Assembly (NCBI GenBank): GCA_965228065.1
Contig: OZ245788.1
Location: 2,545,668 to 2,609,667, forward strand
DNA length: 64,000 nucleotides
Direction of reading: 5' to 3'
Origin: Sphingobium sp.
GTDB lineage: Bacteria > Pseudomonadota > Alphaproteobacteria > Sphingomonadales > Sphingomonadaceae
This document shows positions 61,908-64,000 of the stretch, piece by piece; within the stretch, counting starts at the first letter, position 1, and the number at the start of each line of letters is the position of its first letter. The notes under the pieces are model-generated. The model saw only the letters and a list, made by a program, of their open reading frames with translations. It searched no databases and was not told the origin of the DNA. The position numbers and the translations under genes are program-made.

Positions 61908-62856
61908 CGGCGCCGCAGCCGATTGGGCGGCCCGCATCGATGGCGGGGCGCTCTCGGCGGCGGGTGAGGGCGAATTGGACGCATGGCTTGCGGGTGACCC
62001 GCGGCGCATGGGGGCGTTCATGCGCATGCGTGCGGTCGCGCTCCAGTCCGAAAGCGCCAAGGCACTCGGTCCCGATTTCGATCCCGACGCCTTCACGTCC
62101 GCCGAGCCGCTGGCTGCGGCAACCCCGATCACGCGCCGCCGGATGTTCTGGCTGGGCGGTGCCGCGGTCGCGGCCTCGGCCGTCGGCGCGATCGGCCTCG
62201 GATTGATGACGGGCGCGACGACCTACGACACGCGGATCGGCGAGACGCGTGTCGTGACGCTCGAGGACGGATCGATCGTCACGCTCAACACGGCATCGCG
62301 TATCAGGGTGGCGTTCACCGACGCGCGGCGGACGATCACGCTGGAGGAGGGGGAGGCGCTGTTCGACGTCGCCAAGAACCCCGCACGCCCCTTTTTCGTC
62401 GAGGCGGGCGGCACGTCGGTCCGCGCGGTGGGCACGAGTTTCGCAGTGAAGCGGTTGAGCAATGCGCCTGTGGAAGTGCTGGTGCGCGAAGGAATCGTCG
62501 AGGTGCGGCAGCCCGCGGCTGCCGACGCGGTCCGCATGACCGCGAACATGCGCATGGTCGCCGGCAATGCCGCGACGATCGCACGGCCGGTCGAGATCGC
62601 GCAGACCGAGGTCGACCGCGAAACCGCATGGCGCACTGGACGGATCGCGTTCGAGGGTGAACCGCTGGCGCAGGCCGCCGCCGCGTTCGGCCGGTATAGC
62701 GACACGCGGATCATTATCGAGGACCCCGCCATCGGGCGCGAGGAGATCACCGGCTTGTTCGCGTCGAACGATCCCGTCACCTTCGCAAAGGCTGCCGCCG
62801 CCAGCCTTGAACTCAAGGCCACGATCGGTCCGGGTGAGATCAGATTGTCGCGTTAG
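61867..62856 (+). CDS. FecR-family anti-sigma factor, CSS module 3
   Basis: The N-terminal part reads AAADWAARIDGG...LDAWLAGDPRRMGAFMR. One TM helix (FWLGGAAVAASAVGAIGLGL) is followed by a FecR domain (LEDGSIVTLNTASRIRV). It overlaps the sigma gene by 29-41 nt, depending on whether the start is 61867 or 61879. Confidence 0.85.
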   Translation: MLRHMPRETSQEIDGAAADWAARIDGGALSAAGEGELDAWLAGDPRRMGAFMRMRAVALQSESAKALGPDFDPDAFTSAEPLAAATPITRRRMFWLGGAAVAASAVGAIGLGLMTGATTYDTRIGETRVVTLEDGSIVTLNTASRIRVAFTDARRTITLEEGEALFDVAKNPARPFFVEAGGTSVRAVGTSFAVKRLSNAPVEVLVREGIVEVRQPAAADAVRMTANMRMVAGNAATIARPVEIAQTEVDRETAWRTGRIAFEGEPLAQAAAAFGRYSDTRIIIEDPAIGREEITGLFASNDPVTFAKAAAASLELKATIGPGEIRLSR

Positions 62857-62890
62857 GGTTTGTTGCAGATTTTTTTCAACCGCGGATAGC

Positions 62891-62914
62891 GGATTTGAAA
62901 TCGACCGTGCGTCT
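62891..62914 (+). promoter_or_regulatory. Candidate ECF-dependent promoter of transducer gene 3
   Basis: The sequence reads GGAT-N15-CGTCT, with CGTCT about 42 nt upstream of the ATG at 62957. The leader ends in the G-rich SD sequence CCGGGGGGAAG. Confidence 0.3.
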
Positions 62915-62956
62915 AGGCCCGAACGCCCGCAACAAGCGGGTTCCGGGGGGAAGTCA

Positions 62957-64000
62957 ATGACACGGCTCAAGACGAAATCGACCTTTGCGATCACCTGCGC
63001 AATCGCATGCCTGGCGCTTGGCCAGCCGGCCCATGCGCAGCAGCGCCAGTTCAACGTGCCGGCCCAGGATGCGCGACAGGCCATTCCCGAATTTGCCCGG
63101 CAGGCGGGTATCCAGATCTCTGCGCCGACCGGCCGGATGCGCGGTGTGCGCACGCACGCGATCAAGGGCAATATCGACGCACGCGCGGCGCTTCGCGCGA
63201 TGATCGCGGGGACGGGGCTGTCGATCGCAAGCGATGACGGTTCGATGATCGTGCTGAAATATTCGAATGCGCCGCAGAAGATCGCCGCACCCGCACCGGA
63301 GGCTGCCGCTTCCGAAGACGCTATGGCGGATCCGTTCGAGGACAGCGAGATCATCGTCACCGCCGGCAAGCGCAGCGAGCGTCTGATCGACGTGCCTTTT
63401 TCGATCACCGCGATCCGCGGGGACACGCTGACGCGCAATGGTGAGGTTCGACTTGAGGATTATGCCGCGCGCGTTCCCGGCCTGAATGTTTCCAACGATG
63501 CGGCCGGCGGTGCCCAGTCCTCGGTCAGCATTCGCGGTGTCACCACCGGCACCGGCAATCCGACGGTCGCTGTCTATATCGACGACACGCCAGTCAGCGG
63601 CAGCACCTTTTTCGGCGGGGGCAGTTCAATCCCCGATCTCGATCCCAATGATCTCGATCGCATCGAAGTGCTGCGCGGGCCGCAGGGGACACTCTATGGC
63701 GCGAGCAGCCTGGGCGGACTGATCAAGTTCGTGAACAAGGCGCCCAATTTCGACCGGGTCACCGGCCGGGTCGAGGTGGGGGCGACGCAGATCGACGGTG
63801 GCGATCTTGGCGTATCGGTTCGCGGCCGCGTCAATGTGCCGCTCAGTGAGAAGGTCGCGCTGATCGGCAGCGGCTTTTATCGCCAGGATCCAGGTTTTAT
63901 CGACGATCCCAGCCGTGGCTTCAAGGATCGCAACAGAACGCTTTATCATGGCGGCCGCGTGGCGCTGGCGCTCAAGCCCACCGAGACCATCACCGTCAAT
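62957..64000 (+). CDS. TonB-dependent receptor/transducer with STN domain, CSS module 3 (3' end outside the window)
   Basis: This ORF is not in the supplied track because it has no stop codon. My own translation from the ATG at 62957 gives MTRLKTKSTFAITCAIACLALGQPAHAQQRQFNVPAQDARQAIPEFARQAGIQIS... (STN) and then IEVLRGPQGTLYGASSLGGLIKF (plug). It is open to base 64000. Confidence 0.9.
   Translation, partial: MTRLKTKSTFAITCAIACLALGQPAHAQQRQFNVPAQDARQAIPEFARQAGIQISAPTGRMRGVRTHAIKGNIDARAALRAMIAGTGLSIASDDGSMIVLKYSNAPQKIAAPAPEAAASEDAMADPFEDSEIIVTAGKRSERLIDVPFSITAIRGDTLTRNGEVRLEDYAARVPGLNVSNDAAGGAQSSVSIRGVTTGTGNPTVAVYIDDTPVSGSTFFGGGSSIPDLDPNDLDRIEVLRGPQGTLYGASSLGGLIKFVNKAPNFDRVTGRVEVGATQIDGGDLGVSVRGRVNVPLSEKVALIGSGFYRQDPGFIDDPSRGFKDRNRTLYHGGRVALALKPTETITVN

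Noticed and set aside
1-64000. I looked for mobile-element genes (transposase, integrase, recombinase), prophage genes, known defence systems, rRNA, tRNA, tmRNA, RNase P and SRP RNA.
   Set aside because: Scanning every supplied ORF translation and the conserved RNA signatures I can recall by eye turned up none of these. The absence is by inspection only and should be confirmed with Infernal, tRNAscan and DefenseFinder.

Overview
This is a densely coding, high-GC segment. By inference only, from the gene content and repeat families, it looks alphaproteobacterial and sphingomonad-like. I call about 60 CDS. I found no rRNA, tRNA, CRISPR array, transposase or integrase by eye.

The main theme is outer-membrane uptake and signalling:
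- There are five TonB-dependent receptors (TBDRs). Three are STN-domain transducers, each with its own FecI-like ECF sigma factor and FecR-like anti-sigma factor (2450-6592 minus; 19787-23920 plus; 61311-64000 plus).
- One TonB gene sits in an operon with a fourth TBDR.
- A fourth ECF sigma is ECF41-type. It is coupled to a carboxymuconolactone-decarboxylase-family gene that carries an exact TGTCACA-N16-CGTC promoter.

The second theme is exported hydrolases: DUF885, an S9 peptidase, two beta-lactamase-fold serine hydrolases, an M19 dipeptidase, an M20 peptidase, a Tat-exported amidohydrolase, four alpha/beta hydrolases and a nitrilase.

The largest gene (34787-39706, minus) encodes a roughly 1540-1640 aa RTX, beta-helix-like and Ig-like exoprotein. 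It has an internal supermodule duplication and an unassigned C-terminal tandem repeat. No type I secretion genes occur in the window.

Intergenic DNA carries at least ten REP/MITE-like palindromic elements from several families.

I could not identify a complete multi-gene system that is clearly novel. The best candidates for follow-up are:
- the orphan giant RTX protein and its calcium/TonB neighbourhood;
- an uncharacterised two-gene membrane module (26535-28398);
- three visibly AT-richer islets carrying orphan lipoprotein, membrane and barstar-like genes (about 43.2-45.0, 48.8-49.2 and 52.3-52.8 kb);
- a candidate terminator-ended sRNA (46.86-47.06 kb);
- a 37-nt promoter-like motif shared by two hydrolase genes.

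All family assignments rest on motif recognition by eye and not on database searches.
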